The position numbers and the translations under genes were made by a program. A model generated the notes under the pieces. The model did no database searches. It had not been told where the DNA came from and saw only the letters and a list, made by a program, of their open reading frames with translations. Below, piece by piece: positions 37,959 to 48,633 of a stretch of DNA of 64,000 nt (the first letter of the stretch is position 1; each line of letters opens with the position of its first letter). Source of the DNA: Oligoflexia bacterium (GTDB lineage Bacteria; Bdellovibrionota; UBA1018); NCBI GenBank assembly GCA_963758495.1, contig CAVWVI010000003.1, positions 1-64,000 on the forward strand, written 5' to 3'.

Positions 37959-40340
37959 ATGCGACCTTGGAAATTGCTCAAGCAAAAGACCTTCTTTTAT
38001 GTTTTTATCTTATTTCTTTCCTCACAACTCTGGGCAGCGGGAGTTGAGTTACCCCCCCTTGAGACCGATGAACAGAAGCTTGCATTTTTGCTAGAAGCAA
38101 AAAACAGAGTTCCAGCTTTATTTTCGAACGCCGCAAAATATGACATTGACCTCTTTGCTCTCTTAGATGACGAGAATCATCTTTTTAAGATATTAAAATC
38201 TAATTCAGAATATAATCAGCTTTTTTCTAATAAGAAATACTTCAAGCTTTCAATCATTCCTCCTCCTGAAGGAATCCCTGTGGGTCGGGTCGAGATTAAG
38301 GAGGAAGCAATTGAGAGTTGGAAAGAGGAATTGACTCAGTCACTGAATGAATTGAATCAACATATACCCTCTCTGAATCGACCTGATCAGCTATTATCAA
38401 AACTCCGAGAAGTTAAAAAGGAGTATGAAGAGCTGATTTTCGGTAAAAATCTTGATTTCAAACAACAATTTGGAAAAATAGGCGCAAAACCGAAAATCCC
38501 TGAACAAAACCTGACTCATGAAGAACTGAATCGATTTAAGGAAGCACAGAAAAGACTCAATCGATTATTACAACAAAACAAAGGCAAGGACTGGGTACAA
38601 CGGTATCAGCTTATTTTGGATCATTATGATTCCTTGATAGCACTACCCAACCTTCCACAGAAAGAGAGACTAAAAAAGACTCTTCATATTTTAAATACCG
38701 AGAATCAACTTCAAGCCTTATTACAACTCTGGATGATTGCTTCGCAATCACCCGAACAAGAACCAAAAGATTGGAGTGGATTACGAGAACGAATTCAGAC
38801 TCTATCAGAACAGGACCTCATCTTTTACCACGACAAACAAGATACCTTAATGCCTAAAATTAAAAAGGCCCTACAATCTGGAGTTCTTGAGCAAAGATTA
38901 GTGGATGGAATCTTTCGCAAGATTGACACATTTGCAAGCCAAACGATGAGAACTCAAGATAAGGCGAAACATCCGATCCAAATAACTCAAGTTCCTCCCT
39001 CTATTGGAATTTTTCGAGGATGCACAGGAGGCGATTGCTCCACTCAGTATTCTTTTCCTTATCCTAATGATCCTTATGAGATGGTCTTCTTTATCACCGA
39101 TTTTAACAGCGATTTAGAGACGAATCCATCTGTAAATCTCAAAGGTTATGTGAGCGCAACCCACGTTCTCATGAGTAATGGAGACCCGGCTCTTTATGTC
39201 ATTACTATCAGCGGAAATCGAGTGAGTGCTGGAGATGTAGAACTCATTTTAAGAGCTTTGGAAAAGGAAAAGAAAAATCTTGGTGTAAAACACATCCTGC
39301 TACCTGAAACCACCAAACTCAGTGATCTAATCAACTTTCCAAGCATTCTTGGGGTTTATGAAACTCATACTAAAAATAAAAGCCCTGTTTCATTCTCCTA
39401 CCAGAATCCAGAAATTCGCAAAGAGATAGAAGAGTTTAAATCGAGTCTAGATTATAATATCGGCACCTATGATCACATGAAGGATAACACTCAAGGAGTC
39501 GTTCTTACTTTCAAAGATCTACTTTCTAAAAAAATAGAAATTCATTTAGATCATCAGATCTCAGGTGATGCTCCAAAACCCAAAGAAATTTCTCAATACC
39601 CTCTCAGTGAAATTTTAGAATTTGTAATTGATTTACATCACTCAAAAAGAGATCAGCTCACTCAAAAGATCCTTCGATTGCTGGAGGTTCAACGAAATAT
39701 CAACCCAGAAGTTCTGACTCGCCTTTTTCATTTATTAGATTCATGCACTATCGCTGGAAATAAAGATGAACTTCTTTCTGTACAGGAGTACAAAAAGAAA
39801 CTTGAAAGTGAACTCGCAAAACTTCAAATCGGCTTACAGCTTTTTACAAAGCATTCAAATTTTCTTTATCCCGGGATCGTTCATTGCAAGAACGCTTTCT
39901 CTGAGGAAAATCGAGAACAAACAGCATTATGGATTACAGAAGACATAATGAATCATTCTGAAGATTATTATAAGCCTTCAAAAATTAATCCCGACTTTAT
40001 CACGTCAAACTCGGATGCCCTGAATAAAACGGCTGCAATTAAAAAATTCTCTTTAAAGTTAATTAAACTTTTAGAAGACCCGACTTGGAGTGTCCGCTAT
40101 AAAGCAGTTTATGGACTCGCTTTAATCAAGCCGACAAATCCGGAGGCTTTAAATGAAATCGAAAAATTACTGGAAACTCAGCATTGGCAAACCCGAATTT
40201 TAGCCGCCACTGTATTGGTAGAGACCCAACCGACAAATCCTAAGCTTCACAAAGCTTTAACGGAGCTTCTTGCAGATCAGAAAAAGGACGTTCGCCGTGC
40301 AGCAGCCGCTGTGTTGAAAAAATTAGAAACGTGGAAGTAA
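37959..40340 (+). CDS. Large exported hypothetical protein with C-terminal HEAT repeats
   Basis: Signal-like N-terminus; LEDPTWSVRYKAVYGL, WQTRILAATVL, DVRRAAAAVL repeats. Confidence 0.75.
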   Translation: MRPWKLLKQKTFFYVFILFLSSQLWAAGVELPPLETDEQKLAFLLEAKNRVPALFSNAAKYDIDLFALLDDENHLFKILKSNSEYNQLFSNKKYFKLSIIPPPEGIPVGRVEIKEEAIESWKEELTQSLNELNQHIPSLNRPDQLLSKLREVKKEYEELIFGKNLDFKQQFGKIGAKPKIPEQNLTHEELNRFKEAQKRLNRLLQQNKGKDWVQRYQLILDHYDSLIALPNLPQKERLKKTLHILNTENQLQALLQLWMIASQSPEQEPKDWSGLRERIQTLSEQDLIFYHDKQDTLMPKIKKALQSGVLEQRLVDGIFRKIDTFASQTMRTQDKAKHPIQITQVPPSIGIFRGCTGGDCSTQYSFPYPNDPYEMVFFITDFNSDLETNPSVNLKGYVSATHVLMSNGDPALYVITISGNRVSAGDVELILRALEKEKKNLGVKHILLPETTKLSDLINFPSILGVYETHTKNKSPVSFSYQNPEIRKEIEEFKSSLDYNIGTYDHMKDNTQGVVLTFKDLLSKKIEIHLDHQISGDAPKPKEISQYPLSEILEFVIDLHHSKRDQLTQKILRLLEVQRNINPEVLTRLFHLLDSCTIAGNKDELLSVQEYKKKLESELAKLQIGLQLFTKHSNFLYPGIVHCKNAFSEENREQTALWITEDIMNHSEDYYKPSKINPDFITSNSDALNKTAAIKKFSLKLIKLLEDPTWSVRYKAVYGLALIKPTNPEALNEIEKLLETQHWQTRILAATVLVETQPTNPKLHKALTELLADQKKDVRRAAAAVLKKLETWK

Positions 40341-40385
40341 AACAATCATTCTAAAATTACATCACTATTCACAACTCCGACTCGT

Positions 40386-42008
40386 ATGGTAGACTACCCT
40401 ATGCTCAATGCGTTCTTAATCAAATCAGGACTTAAAGTAGAGCCTCATGAGTTGAAATTTATTTTTCGTTGGCTTTTCCTGGCTCTCATCCTCCACGTGA
40501 TCGCGGCAGTAATGAGCACTGGGTTTTACCATGTAGATGAGCATTTCCAAATTTTGGAATTCATGAATTACAAACTAGGAAGAAGCCCTGTCCATGAGTT
40601 ACCTCTCGAGTATGGACAACTGATGCGCCCCTGGCTCTTACCTGCACTTCTCACGGGAATCACGAAATTTCTTCTGGCACTTGGAATCCAAAGTCCTTTT
40701 GACTGGGCATTGAGCTATCGATTATTTGCCTCCTTGCTAGGATGGTTCAGTACAGCTGGACTGGCACTTTGTTGCTTGAAATGGTTCCCTGAGTTCCCTA
40801 AGTTCTCTAATAAAAAGTGGCGTCATGGGGCAGTGATGGCCCTCACCCTTCTTTGGTACATGCCGAGCCTCCACGCCCGTCCTTCTTCAGAAAACCTAGC
40901 CGGCTCTGCTTTTTTTATGGGACTCAGTTTTTTGCTTCTGGGTTCACCTTCACTTTCGCCTACACGAACTCCCTCAAGGAACAGCCCTGAGAGTGGTCCT
41001 GAAAGAGTTCCTGCCTCTGTTGCTTGGATATCAGGGATTCTTTTTGGCTTCGCATTTGAATTTAGATACCAAGTCGCATTCATGATCTTAGGATTTCTGC
41101 TTTGGTTACTCGTCGTAGCGAAAATTCCTATTCGTCAGATAGTCCCTCTTCTTTTAGGAATGCTGATTCCCATTGGACTCGGAACCTGGGCAGACCAATG
41201 GGGATACGGACAATGGACTTGCGCACCCTGGAACTATCTCAATTATAATATTATTCAAAATCATGTATCTGATACAGATCAGACTCAGTGGTGGGATTAT
41301 TTTCGCCGTGCCTTCACTGAAAGCTGGCCTATCCTTGGATTTTTGACCTTAGTCAGCTTTCTTATAGCTTGGGTCCGACATCCCAAACACGTCTTAACAT
41401 GGAGCCTCGCGCCTTTTTTTCTTGCGCACGAGATCATCGGGCATAAAGAATTTCGTTTTCTATTTCCCATGGCTCATGCAGGAGGAGTTCTCCTGATGCT
41501 CAGCATTTGGCCCACTCCCCACATAAAATTCTTAAACTTCCCGAAGAAGGCGAATAGTCTAAATAACTCAAATAGCCTAAATAAATGGGTTCAAGGACTC
41601 GTGTGCTTAAATCTCATTGCTCTGATCATCACCAGCTCCATTCCAGCAGGAATGCCTATTCGTTTTTATTCTTATCTCTATTCACATTCCTCTCCTCGTC
41701 TTGAGGTCTACTACAAGGACGATAGCTTATTTAACTTTGGCGGTGCGATTATGAATTTCTATCGCTCTCCGACACTCACCCTGACGCATCTTACAAAGTA
41801 CTCCGACTTAATGCTCAAATTGGATCAAACGAAGCAACCCCTGAGACTTTTTAGTCCGCATAGCACCCTCCCTCAGGAAGCAGGAGCCCTTCCGTCTCAA
41901 TGTAATGTGGAGTTTTCTACGCTTCCAGAATGGCTGGAGCATTTTAGATCCCTTGGCTTTCTCAATCGCGTGACCAATTGGACTCTCTTTAAATGCCAAA
42001 TGCACTAA
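40386..42008 (+). CDS. Alg9/PIG-B-like (GT-C, GT22-like) membrane mannosyltransferase
   Basis: HVDEHFQILE and HKEFRFLFP motifs; many TM helices. Confidence 0.8.
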   Translation: MVDYPMLNAFLIKSGLKVEPHELKFIFRWLFLALILHVIAAVMSTGFYHVDEHFQILEFMNYKLGRSPVHELPLEYGQLMRPWLLPALLTGITKFLLALGIQSPFDWALSYRLFASLLGWFSTAGLALCCLKWFPEFPKFSNKKWRHGAVMALTLLWYMPSLHARPSSENLAGSAFFMGLSFLLLGSPSLSPTRTPSRNSPESGPERVPASVAWISGILFGFAFEFRYQVAFMILGFLLWLLVVAKIPIRQIVPLLLGMLIPIGLGTWADQWGYGQWTCAPWNYLNYNIIQNHVSDTDQTQWWDYFRRAFTESWPILGFLTLVSFLIAWVRHPKHVLTWSLAPFFLAHEIIGHKEFRFLFPMAHAGGVLLMLSIWPTPHIKFLNFPKKANSLNNSNSLNKWVQGLVCLNLIALIITSSIPAGMPIRFYSYLYSHSSPRLEVYYKDDSLFNFGGAIMNFYRSPTLTLTHLTKYSDLMLKLDQTKQPLRLFSPHSTLPQEAGALPSQCNVEFSTLPEWLEHFRSLGFLNRVTNWTLFKCQMH

Positions 42009-42038
42009 CCGATTACAAATGTTAAAATAAAATATAAA

Positions 42039-42437
42039 ATGATAAATAAGAAAAAGTCATTGTTTCAGATTCTCTCTTCATACTTTCGATTCCGATGTCC
42101 CGTATGTAGCCAGGGAGATCTTTACATTCCAATCACCCGAGTCAGATCATTTACCCAACTCTGTTTGCCACCGGAACAGTGTAATGTTTGTCATTTTCGG
42201 TTCCGTCGGGAACCTGGATATTACTTTGGGGTTTTAACACCCCTCCTTCCGATTCTTTCGCTGATGACAGGTTTAGTAACTACAAGTATTTACTATTTTA
42301 CCTTACGCCCTGAAGATCCGTTTCAACTTCTATTACCAGCGATTGCTGGGACTGCTATCGGATTTGTCCTTTTTTTTAGGCCAGCCATTGCGTTCTATAT
42401 TCACCTGGATCATGCGATTGATCCTCCATCCCATTAG
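42039..42437 (+). CDS. DUF983-like zinc-ribbon membrane protein
   Basis: RCPVCSQGDLY...CNVC...REPGYYFG plus two TM helices. Confidence 0.7.
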   Translation: MINKKKSLFQILSSYFRFRCPVCSQGDLYIPITRVRSFTQLCLPPEQCNVCHFRFRREPGYYFGVLTPLLPILSLMTGLVTTSIYYFTLRPEDPFQLLLPAIAGTAIGFVLFFRPAIAFYIHLDHAIDPPSH

Positions 42438-42460
42438 ATAAAAAGGACCATCGCACAAAT

Positions 42461-42503
42461 AAAAAAAGAGGAAGCGATAAACTCGCCTCCTCTCCCGTTT
42501 TTT
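42461..42503. terminator. Bidirectional terminator between convergent genes
   Basis: A-tract, AGAGGAAGCGA/TCGCCTCCTCT stem, T-tract. Confidence 0.6.
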
Positions 42504-42560
42504 ATCAGCTGTTTTTACCAGCCACCCACTGAATCGTAGTTCAGCAGGGACTTAAATGAC

Positions 42561-43538
42561 CTAGTGATTCAGCACATAGCTAAAAATCAGCGGTGCAACG
42601 ATTGTTGCATCCGATTCAACGATGAATTTCGGAGTATCGATTCCAAGCTTACCCCAGGTGATTTTCTCATTGGGGACCGCTCCAGAATAAGAACCATAAC
42701 TGGTAGTCGAGTCGCTGATTTGAGCGAAATAGCCCCATAATCTTGCTTCAATTCCCAAATCTTGATGAAGCATCGGTACTACACAGATCGGAAAATCACC
42801 TGCGATACCGCCACCAATTTGGAACATTCCTAGAGAATGGTTCTTGGTAATCCCTTGATAAAATGCAGAGAGCTCAACCATGTACTCGATGCCAGTACGT
42901 ACGGTATGCACATTCTTCACATCTTTACGCATACAAGCTGCAGCGTACATATTTCCCAAAGTTGCATCTTCCCAACCCGGAACAATAATAGGAATATTTT
43001 TCTCAGCGGCTGCAACCATCCAACTATCTTTAGGATCAATTTGGTAATGTTGCTTGAGCTTTCCGCTACGAATCGCACGATAGAAGAACTCATGAGGAAA
43101 ATACCGCTCCCCAGACTGGTCAGCAGAAGTCCACTGTTCAAGCATGACAGATTCAATCCGACGCATGGCTTCTGCTTCAGGGATACAAGTATCTGTCACT
43201 CGATTCATATGACGATTCAACAAATCTTGTTCATCTTGAGCACTCAAATGTCGGTAATGAGGAACACGTTCATAATGGTCATGGGCAACCAAATTAAAAA
43301 TATCTTCTTCGAGGTTAGCCCCTGTACAACTAATCAAGTGTACTTTATCCTGCCGAATCATTTCAGCAAAAGAAATTCCAAGCTCAGCGGTACTCATGGC
43401 ACCCGCCAAGGTGACCATCATTTTTCCACCCTGATCGATATGCTTTTTGTAACCTTCTGCTGTATCCACTAATGCTGCTGCATTAAAATGGCGGTAATTG
43501 TGCTTAATGAATTTAGAAATCGGTCCCATTGAACTCAT
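42561..43538 (-). CDS. Deoxyhypusine synthase-like protein (probable homospermidine synthase)
   Basis: TLAGAMST, TGANLEED, NRVTD, IGGG, GSYSGAVPNEKITWGK, ESDATIVAP. Confidence 0.9.
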   Translation of the reverse strand: MSSMGPISKFIKHNYRHFNAAALVDTAEGYKKHIDQGGKMMVTLAGAMSTAELGISFAEMIRQDKVHLISCTGANLEEDIFNLVAHDHYERVPHYRHLSAQDEQDLLNRHMNRVTDTCIPEAEAMRRIESVMLEQWTSADQSGERYFPHEFFYRAIRSGKLKQHYQIDPKDSWMVAAAEKNIPIIVPGWEDATLGNMYAAACMRKDVKNVHTVRTGIEYMVELSAFYQGITKNHSLGMFQIGGGIAGDFPICVVPMLHQDLGIEARLWGYFAQISDSTTSYGSYSGAVPNEKITWGKLGIDTPKFIVESDATIVAPLIFSYVLNH

Positions 43539-43718
43539 GGTTTGAATTACTCCTGTTTAAACAAAGTTTTTACACTCACTAGCCTAATCCGACTCCAAAA
43601 GTCAATTAAAAACCAACAGCCTTTTCTTCCTCGCCCCAGCTTAATTCCAGGGAAAATTACCCCAATCTGACCTGTAATTAAACTTGCTCGATTTGAATTT
43701 CCTGAATACTTTTAAGCT

Positions 43719-44561
43719 ATGCATATCAATAAGCTCTCAAAGTTCTCACTTTTTTTGATTCCTACTTTATTCCTTTCCACCCTCTGTCAAGCAAATTGGA
43801 CCTTCCTACCGGAATCCCATCATCAGCTTTACGACTCCTGGGGGTTATTCTTTGATGAGCAAAGCATGCTACTCAATTACGGGCAAGGCCGGGTTTGGAG
43901 TGCTCTGGGAGGGACTATGCCCATTTTTGGTAACGAAGAATCCCTTCATCATCCTGAGATTATTTTTCATGCGTCTGCAAATGCTGCCATTCACTACAAT
44001 GACAATTTTCGACTTTGGACTGAAACCCTAGATGCAAGACTCGGCATCGCGATTGAATGGGAGCTGAATCCAAATTTGCGCTTCTCTATTGGCTATCAGC
44101 ATTTCTCAGGACATTCCGTCGATGGAATTAATGTAGCCGACAGTGATTTAATCCAGCCTACGCTCGGACAAGAATTTATTCCTATTAAAATAATTTATGA
44201 CATAGGCCGTATGTTTCGCTTGAGTGGCACAGTCAGCCCTGTCGTAAGATCCTCACCTTCCATTGAACCTATTTGGATGGATCAATCGATTGAATTTTTC
44301 CCTTGGGGGGCTCTGGATAATCCTCATCAGCCTTCACCTTATATTTCTTTGGGATTTAGTGAGTCTGGAGTGAATCACTATACCGTAACTTATAATATGC
44401 AATTAGGAATTTATTTAGGAAATCACTTTTCACCTGGACATCATCAAACCATGCGAGGCGTGGTCGGCTATTACAACGGAGCCGATCCACGCCTCAAATA
44501 CTTTGAATTTCGAGAAGCAATGATGTCGTTTGGCTACTTAGGTTTAATGTTCGACCTGTAA
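43719..44561 (+). CDS. Exported, probable outer-membrane beta-barrel protein
   Basis: Signal peptide, amphipathic strands, HFSGH motif, C-terminal YLGLMFDL. Confidence 0.65.
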   Translation: MHINKLSKFSLFLIPTLFLSTLCQANWTFLPESHHQLYDSWGLFFDEQSMLLNYGQGRVWSALGGTMPIFGNEESLHHPEIIFHASANAAIHYNDNFRLWTETLDARLGIAIEWELNPNLRFSIGYQHFSGHSVDGINVADSDLIQPTLGQEFIPIKIIYDIGRMFRLSGTVSPVVRSSPSIEPIWMDQSIEFFPWGALDNPHQPSPYISLGFSESGVNHYTVTYNMQLGIYLGNHFSPGHHQTMRGVVGYYNGADPRLKYFEFREAMMSFGYLGLMFDL

Positions 44562-44594
44562 GTAAACTCCGGCAGCCTTACAGGGCTTACCTTA

Positions 44595-45863
44595 TTATTC
44601 TCCTAAAGGAGAGCTGAACTGTTCTTCTTCAGTAGAGCCTGTCAACGCTCCTGTTGAAAAAGCTCCGTCGGCAATCTTTTGAGCCACTTCATCAAAGTAA
44701 CCTGTCCCTACAAATCGTTGATGAGTGGTGGCACGATAACCGTGTTCCTGTTCACTAACAAATTCACGTTCTTGAAAATCAGCATAGGCCGTCATTCCCT
44801 GCTGCTTATAAGCGCGAGCAAGAGTAAACATACTATGATTTAAAGCATGAAAGCCAGCAAGGGTCACAAATTGAAACCTGTAGCCCATTGCTGCAAGTTC
44901 CTTTTGGAATTTCGCAATGGTCTTAGAATCTAACTTTTTCTTCCAGTTAAAGGAAGGCGAACAATTATAAGCGAGGAGCTTACCTGGATATCGACTCTGT
45001 ATGGCTTCAGCAAATTTTTTAGCCTCTTCTAAATTAGGTTCAGAAGTTTCACACCACACCAGATCAGCATAAGGAGCATAAGCAAGCCCACGCGCAATAG
45101 CAGATTCCAAACCTCCTCGGATTTTATAAAAACCTTCAACAGTTCTTTCGCCCGTTAAGAACTTCTGATCACGAGGATCAATATTACTGGTTAAAAGGTG
45201 CGCCCCGTTAGCATCAGTCCTTGCAATAATAAGAGTCGGAACATCCGCCACATCTGCAGCAAGACGGGCTGCGGTGAGCTTTTGAATAAATTCCATGGTT
45301 GGAACAAGAACTTTTCCGCCCATATGCCCACATTTTTTTGCAGATGCCAGTTGGTCCTCAAAATGGACACCCGCCGCACCCGCATCAATCATGGCCCTCA
45401 TGAGTTCATAGGCATTCAATGCTCCCCCAAAGCCTGCTTCTGCGTCAGCCACGATGGGAACAAACCAATGGGTCTTACCTTTTCCTTCAACCGATTGAAT
45501 TTGATCTGCTCTAATAAAGGCATTATTAATTTTTCGAACGACTTGAGGCACACTATCTGCCGGATAAAGACTTTGGTCAGGATACATTTGCCCGGCCGTA
45601 TTAGCATCGGCTGCTACTTGCCAACCACTGAGATAAATGGCTTTCAATCCTGCCTCTACTTGTTGAATCGCCTGATTCCCTGTGAGAGCACCCAAAGCAC
45701 CTACAAATTCCTCCGAATGAAGAAGTTTCCACAGCCGATTTGCACCCATCTTAGCCAAAGTATACTCAACCGTAATTGAGCCCCGTAGCTTGAGAACATC
45801 TTCCTTCGAATAAACCCTTTTAATTCCCGCCCAACGATTTTCCGTATCCCAATCCTGCTTCAT
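44595..45863 (-). CDS. aceA: Isocitrate lyase
   Basis: [36 protein letters not shown] 45863 follows a purine-rich SD. Confidence 0.97.
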   Translation of the reverse strand: MKQDWDTENRWAGIKRVYSKEDVLKLRGSITVEYTLAKMGANRLWKLLHSEEFVGALGALTGNQAIQQVEAGLKAIYLSGWQVAADANTAGQMYPDQSLYPADSVPQVVRKINNAFIRADQIQSVEGKGKTHWFVPIVADAEAGFGGALNAYELMRAMIDAGAAGVHFEDQLASAKKCGHMGGKVLVPTMEFIQKLTAARLAADVADVPTLIIARTDANGAHLLTSNIDPRDQKFLTGERTVEGFYKIRGGLESAIARGLAYAPYADLVWCETSEPNLEEAKKFAEAIQSRYPGKLLAYNCSPSFNWKKKLDSKTIAKFQKELAAMGYRFQFVTLAGFHALNHSMFTLARAYKQQGMTAYADFQEREFVSEQEHGYRATTHQRFVGTGYFDEVAQKIADGAFSTGALTGSTEEEQFSSPLGE

Positions 45864-45873
45864 AGATTCCCCT

Positions 45874-47490
45874 TCATGCCAAATATTCATAAGCAGGCAG
45901 AGTAATGAACTCTACAAACTCATGATTTGTGACAACAGACGTTAAGAGTTCATTTGCTAATTCAAATTTTCCGGCTCGATAAGACTCCATTCCTAAACTG
46001 AGTTGAATCTGCTTCGTCTCTTCAAACAAACTTTTTTCAAAACTTTTTTTCGTAATTTTTCCGTACTGAATCCATTGCCAAATCTGAGACCTTGAAATCT
46101 CAACTGTTGCTGCATCTTCCATCAAATTCGCAATAGGGACACAGCCAAATCCACGAAGCCAGGACTCAAGATAAAAAAGAGATACCCGAATATTTGTCCT
46201 CAAACCCTGTTCCGTGACTTCTCCTTGAGGAACCGTCAACAGATCGGCTGCTTGTATGATCCATTCGTTTCTTTTAAGCTGAATTTGATTGGGACTCACA
46301 TGGTTTCGATTAAACGTATCCAGCGCAATTGGAATCAGCCCCGGATGAGCTACCCACGTACCATCATGACCTAATGAAACTTCCCGTTCCTTGTCAATGC
46401 GTACTTTTTCCATTGCAAGGGCATTCTCTTGAGAATTTTCCTTAATGGGAATTTGAGCAGCCATTCCACCCATTGCATGAATTCCTCGATGATGGCAGGT
46501 CTTCACCAAGAGCTGGCAATAGGATTTTAAAAAATGAACATTCATTGTCACCTGAGCCCTATCAGGGAGAATAAATTGGGGATGTTTTTGAAATTTTTTT
46601 ATAAAGCTAAAAATATAATCCCAGCGGCCGCAATTCAATCCAGCCGAGTGATCTCGCAGTTCATAGAGAATTTCATCCATTTCAAAAGCCGCGAGAACGG
46701 TCTCTATCAAAACCGTCGCTCGAACTGTTCCCTGGGGTACACCTAGTTCATTTTGTGAAAAAACGAATATGTCATTCCACAGTCTCGCCTCTAGATGACT
46801 TTCCATTTTAGGTAAATAAAAATACGGTCTCGTCCCCCTCCTTAGATGTTCTTTTACATTATGAAAAAAATACAAGCCAAAATCAAAAAGAGAGGCCGAA
46901 ATAGGCTCTTGATCTACCAAACAGTGCTTTTCAACTAAGTGCCATCCTCGGGGTCGGACGAAAAGTACGGCCGTTTTTTCATTTAAGCTATACTCTTTAC
47001 CTTCCTGACTTTTGAATTGGATTGATTTACGTACAGCATCATAGAGATTGATTTGACCTTCGAGTGTACCCTTCCAAGTCGGAGAATGCGAATCTTCAAA
47101 ATCAGCCATGAACACTTGTGCACCGGAATTGAGGGCATTGATCATCATTTTCCGATCAACAGGACCCGTTATTTCAACTCGACGATCCAACAAATCATCA
47201 GGAATGGGAGCGACTGTCCAGGCACTCTCTCTCAGCTCTTTCGTATCCTTTAAAAAAGAAGGTAAAAAAGAAGGAAAGTGACCCGAATTCATTTCTCTTT
47301 GTCGATTTTGACGCTGCTCAAGAAGTTTTCGACGAGTCGGGTTAAATTTTTTATGAAGCTTAGCTATAAAATGAAGAGCCGAAGGCGTTAGAATTCGAGA
47401 AAACTCCAGTGACGTTTCTCCAAGTAATGTGATTGAATTGGAGAATTTTATATCATCTTGACTTGAACTTGCTTCAATAGGCATTTCCAT
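45874..47490 (-). CDS. aceB: Malate synthase A
   Basis: [52 protein letters not shown]. Confidence 0.97.
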   Translation of the reverse strand: MEMPIEASSSQDDIKFSNSITLLGETSLEFSRILTPSALHFIAKLHKKFNPTRRKLLEQRQNRQREMNSGHFPSFLPSFLKDTKELRESAWTVAPIPDDLLDRRVEITGPVDRKMMINALNSGAQVFMADFEDSHSPTWKGTLEGQINLYDAVRKSIQFKSQEGKEYSLNEKTAVLFVRPRGWHLVEKHCLVDQEPISASLFDFGLYFFHNVKEHLRRGTRPYFYLPKMESHLEARLWNDIFVFSQNELGVPQGTVRATVLIETVLAAFEMDEILYELRDHSAGLNCGRWDYIFSFIKKFQKHPQFILPDRAQVTMNVHFLKSYCQLLVKTCHHRGIHAMGGMAAQIPIKENSQENALAMEKVRIDKEREVSLGHDGTWVAHPGLIPIALDTFNRNHVSPNQIQLKRNEWIIQAADLLTVPQGEVTEQGLRTNIRVSLFYLESWLRGFGCVPIANLMEDAATVEISRSQIWQWIQYGKITKKSFEKSLFEETKQIQLSLGMESYRAGKFELANELLTSVVTNHEFVEFITLPAYEYLA

Positions 47491-47547
47491 GAATCACTCC
47501 CAGTGACTATGGAACCATATTTTATAAAGAAAAAAAGTAAAATCATT

Positions 47548-48633
47548 TTAATTGATAAAAAAATTAACCCAGAGTCCCAAAGACAAAAGAAGTCCCCAAA
47601 AGAAGTGAAGTTTTCCTGCATCAATGCGAATGGGTCCCAATAATGCCGAAGCTGGCCCCGAAGATTGATACACCTTCTGCATTAAATGATACACGGAGAA
47701 CAGTCCCACAGAAACTGTCATCAATACTGTGACAGGTAAAACTCTCAGAACGAAACCTGTGACAATAGAAAGATAGGCAGAGCCATAAAGAAAAATAAAG
47801 ATAGAACGAGACATTTTAAATCCCACCCATGATGCAAGGGTCACTCTCTCGTTTGAATGATCCGATTCAATATCTTGAAAATTACTCGCATGAGAAAGTC
47901 CCCATGCTGTAAATCCAAAGAATAATCCAATCAACAAAATCGAAAGATCAAATCGTCCAAATGCCGCCTGAGTCATACCCATGGCCAACAAGGGACCGAC
48001 CAAAGAAAAGATGAGCACATCTCCTAGTGCCCGGTACTTAATTCCAAAGGGCCGATTTGAGTAAGCTAAAACTCCAAATGCGCCCAATGCCCCCACAAAA
48101 AGCAAGATTTTTGGATTTTTTAAAACGGCAGGAATCCCCAATAAGATTCCAATTGCTAAAGAAAGATATCCAAAATTTCTGAGATTTTTTGCACTTAACC
48201 AGCCTTTTTGAATGACACCACTCCCGCGCAACGTACCTGGAAGATCAATGAGCCTCAAATAATCTTCAACATCATTAAGAACATTGACTGAGATCTGAAA
48301 AAATACTGCACCTAAAAAAGCAAGAATTCCTATTTTCCAATCCAATTCCCATTGCTTCATGCATCCATACATCCATAGAGCCAGACATGGAGTGCACGTA
48401 ATGGTTAAGGTATCAGGCCGAATTGCCTTGAGCCAAACCCATCCCAAAGACGGCCTATTGGAATCCGCAATTCGAATGGCTTCAAAAACAATAGAATCAA
48501 CTCCATTGATATTAGACACGACTTCACGAGGAAGAGCAGTCCAATACTCTCCATATCGCATCGTAGTTCCTTCGTTCAATAGAGGATAAAGCTCTGCTGC
48601 ATCCCTTCTCACACTGAAAATTTCTTGATTCAC
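47548..48633 (-). CDS. menA: 1,4-dihydroxy-2-naphthoate prenyltransferase (UbiA family)
   Basis: WLKAIRPDTL, NVLNDVED, KYRALGD, SNFQDIESD...TLA. Confidence 0.8.
   Translation of the reverse strand: MNQEIFSVRRDAAELYPLLNEGTTMRYGEYWTALPREVVSNINGVDSIVFEAIRIADSNRPSLGWVWLKAIRPDTLTITCTPCLALWMYGCMKQWELDWKIGILAFLGAVFFQISVNVLNDVEDYLRLIDLPGTLRGSGVIQKGWLSAKNLRNFGYLSLAIGILLGIPAVLKNPKILLFVGALGAFGVLAYSNRPFGIKYRALGDVLIFSLVGPLLAMGMTQAAFGRFDLSILLIGLFFGFTAWGLSHASNFQDIESDHSNERVTLASWVGFKMSRSIFIFLYGSAYLSIVTGFVLRVLPVTVLMTVSVGLFSVYHLMQKVYQSSGPASALLGPIRIDAGKLHFFWGLLLSLGLWVNFFIN

Noticed and set aside
42837..43472. 211-aa antisense ORF (and similar shadow ORFs in aceA, acnA, polA and hppA)
   Set aside because: Antisense or alternate-frame to well-conserved genes, with no recognisable motifs.
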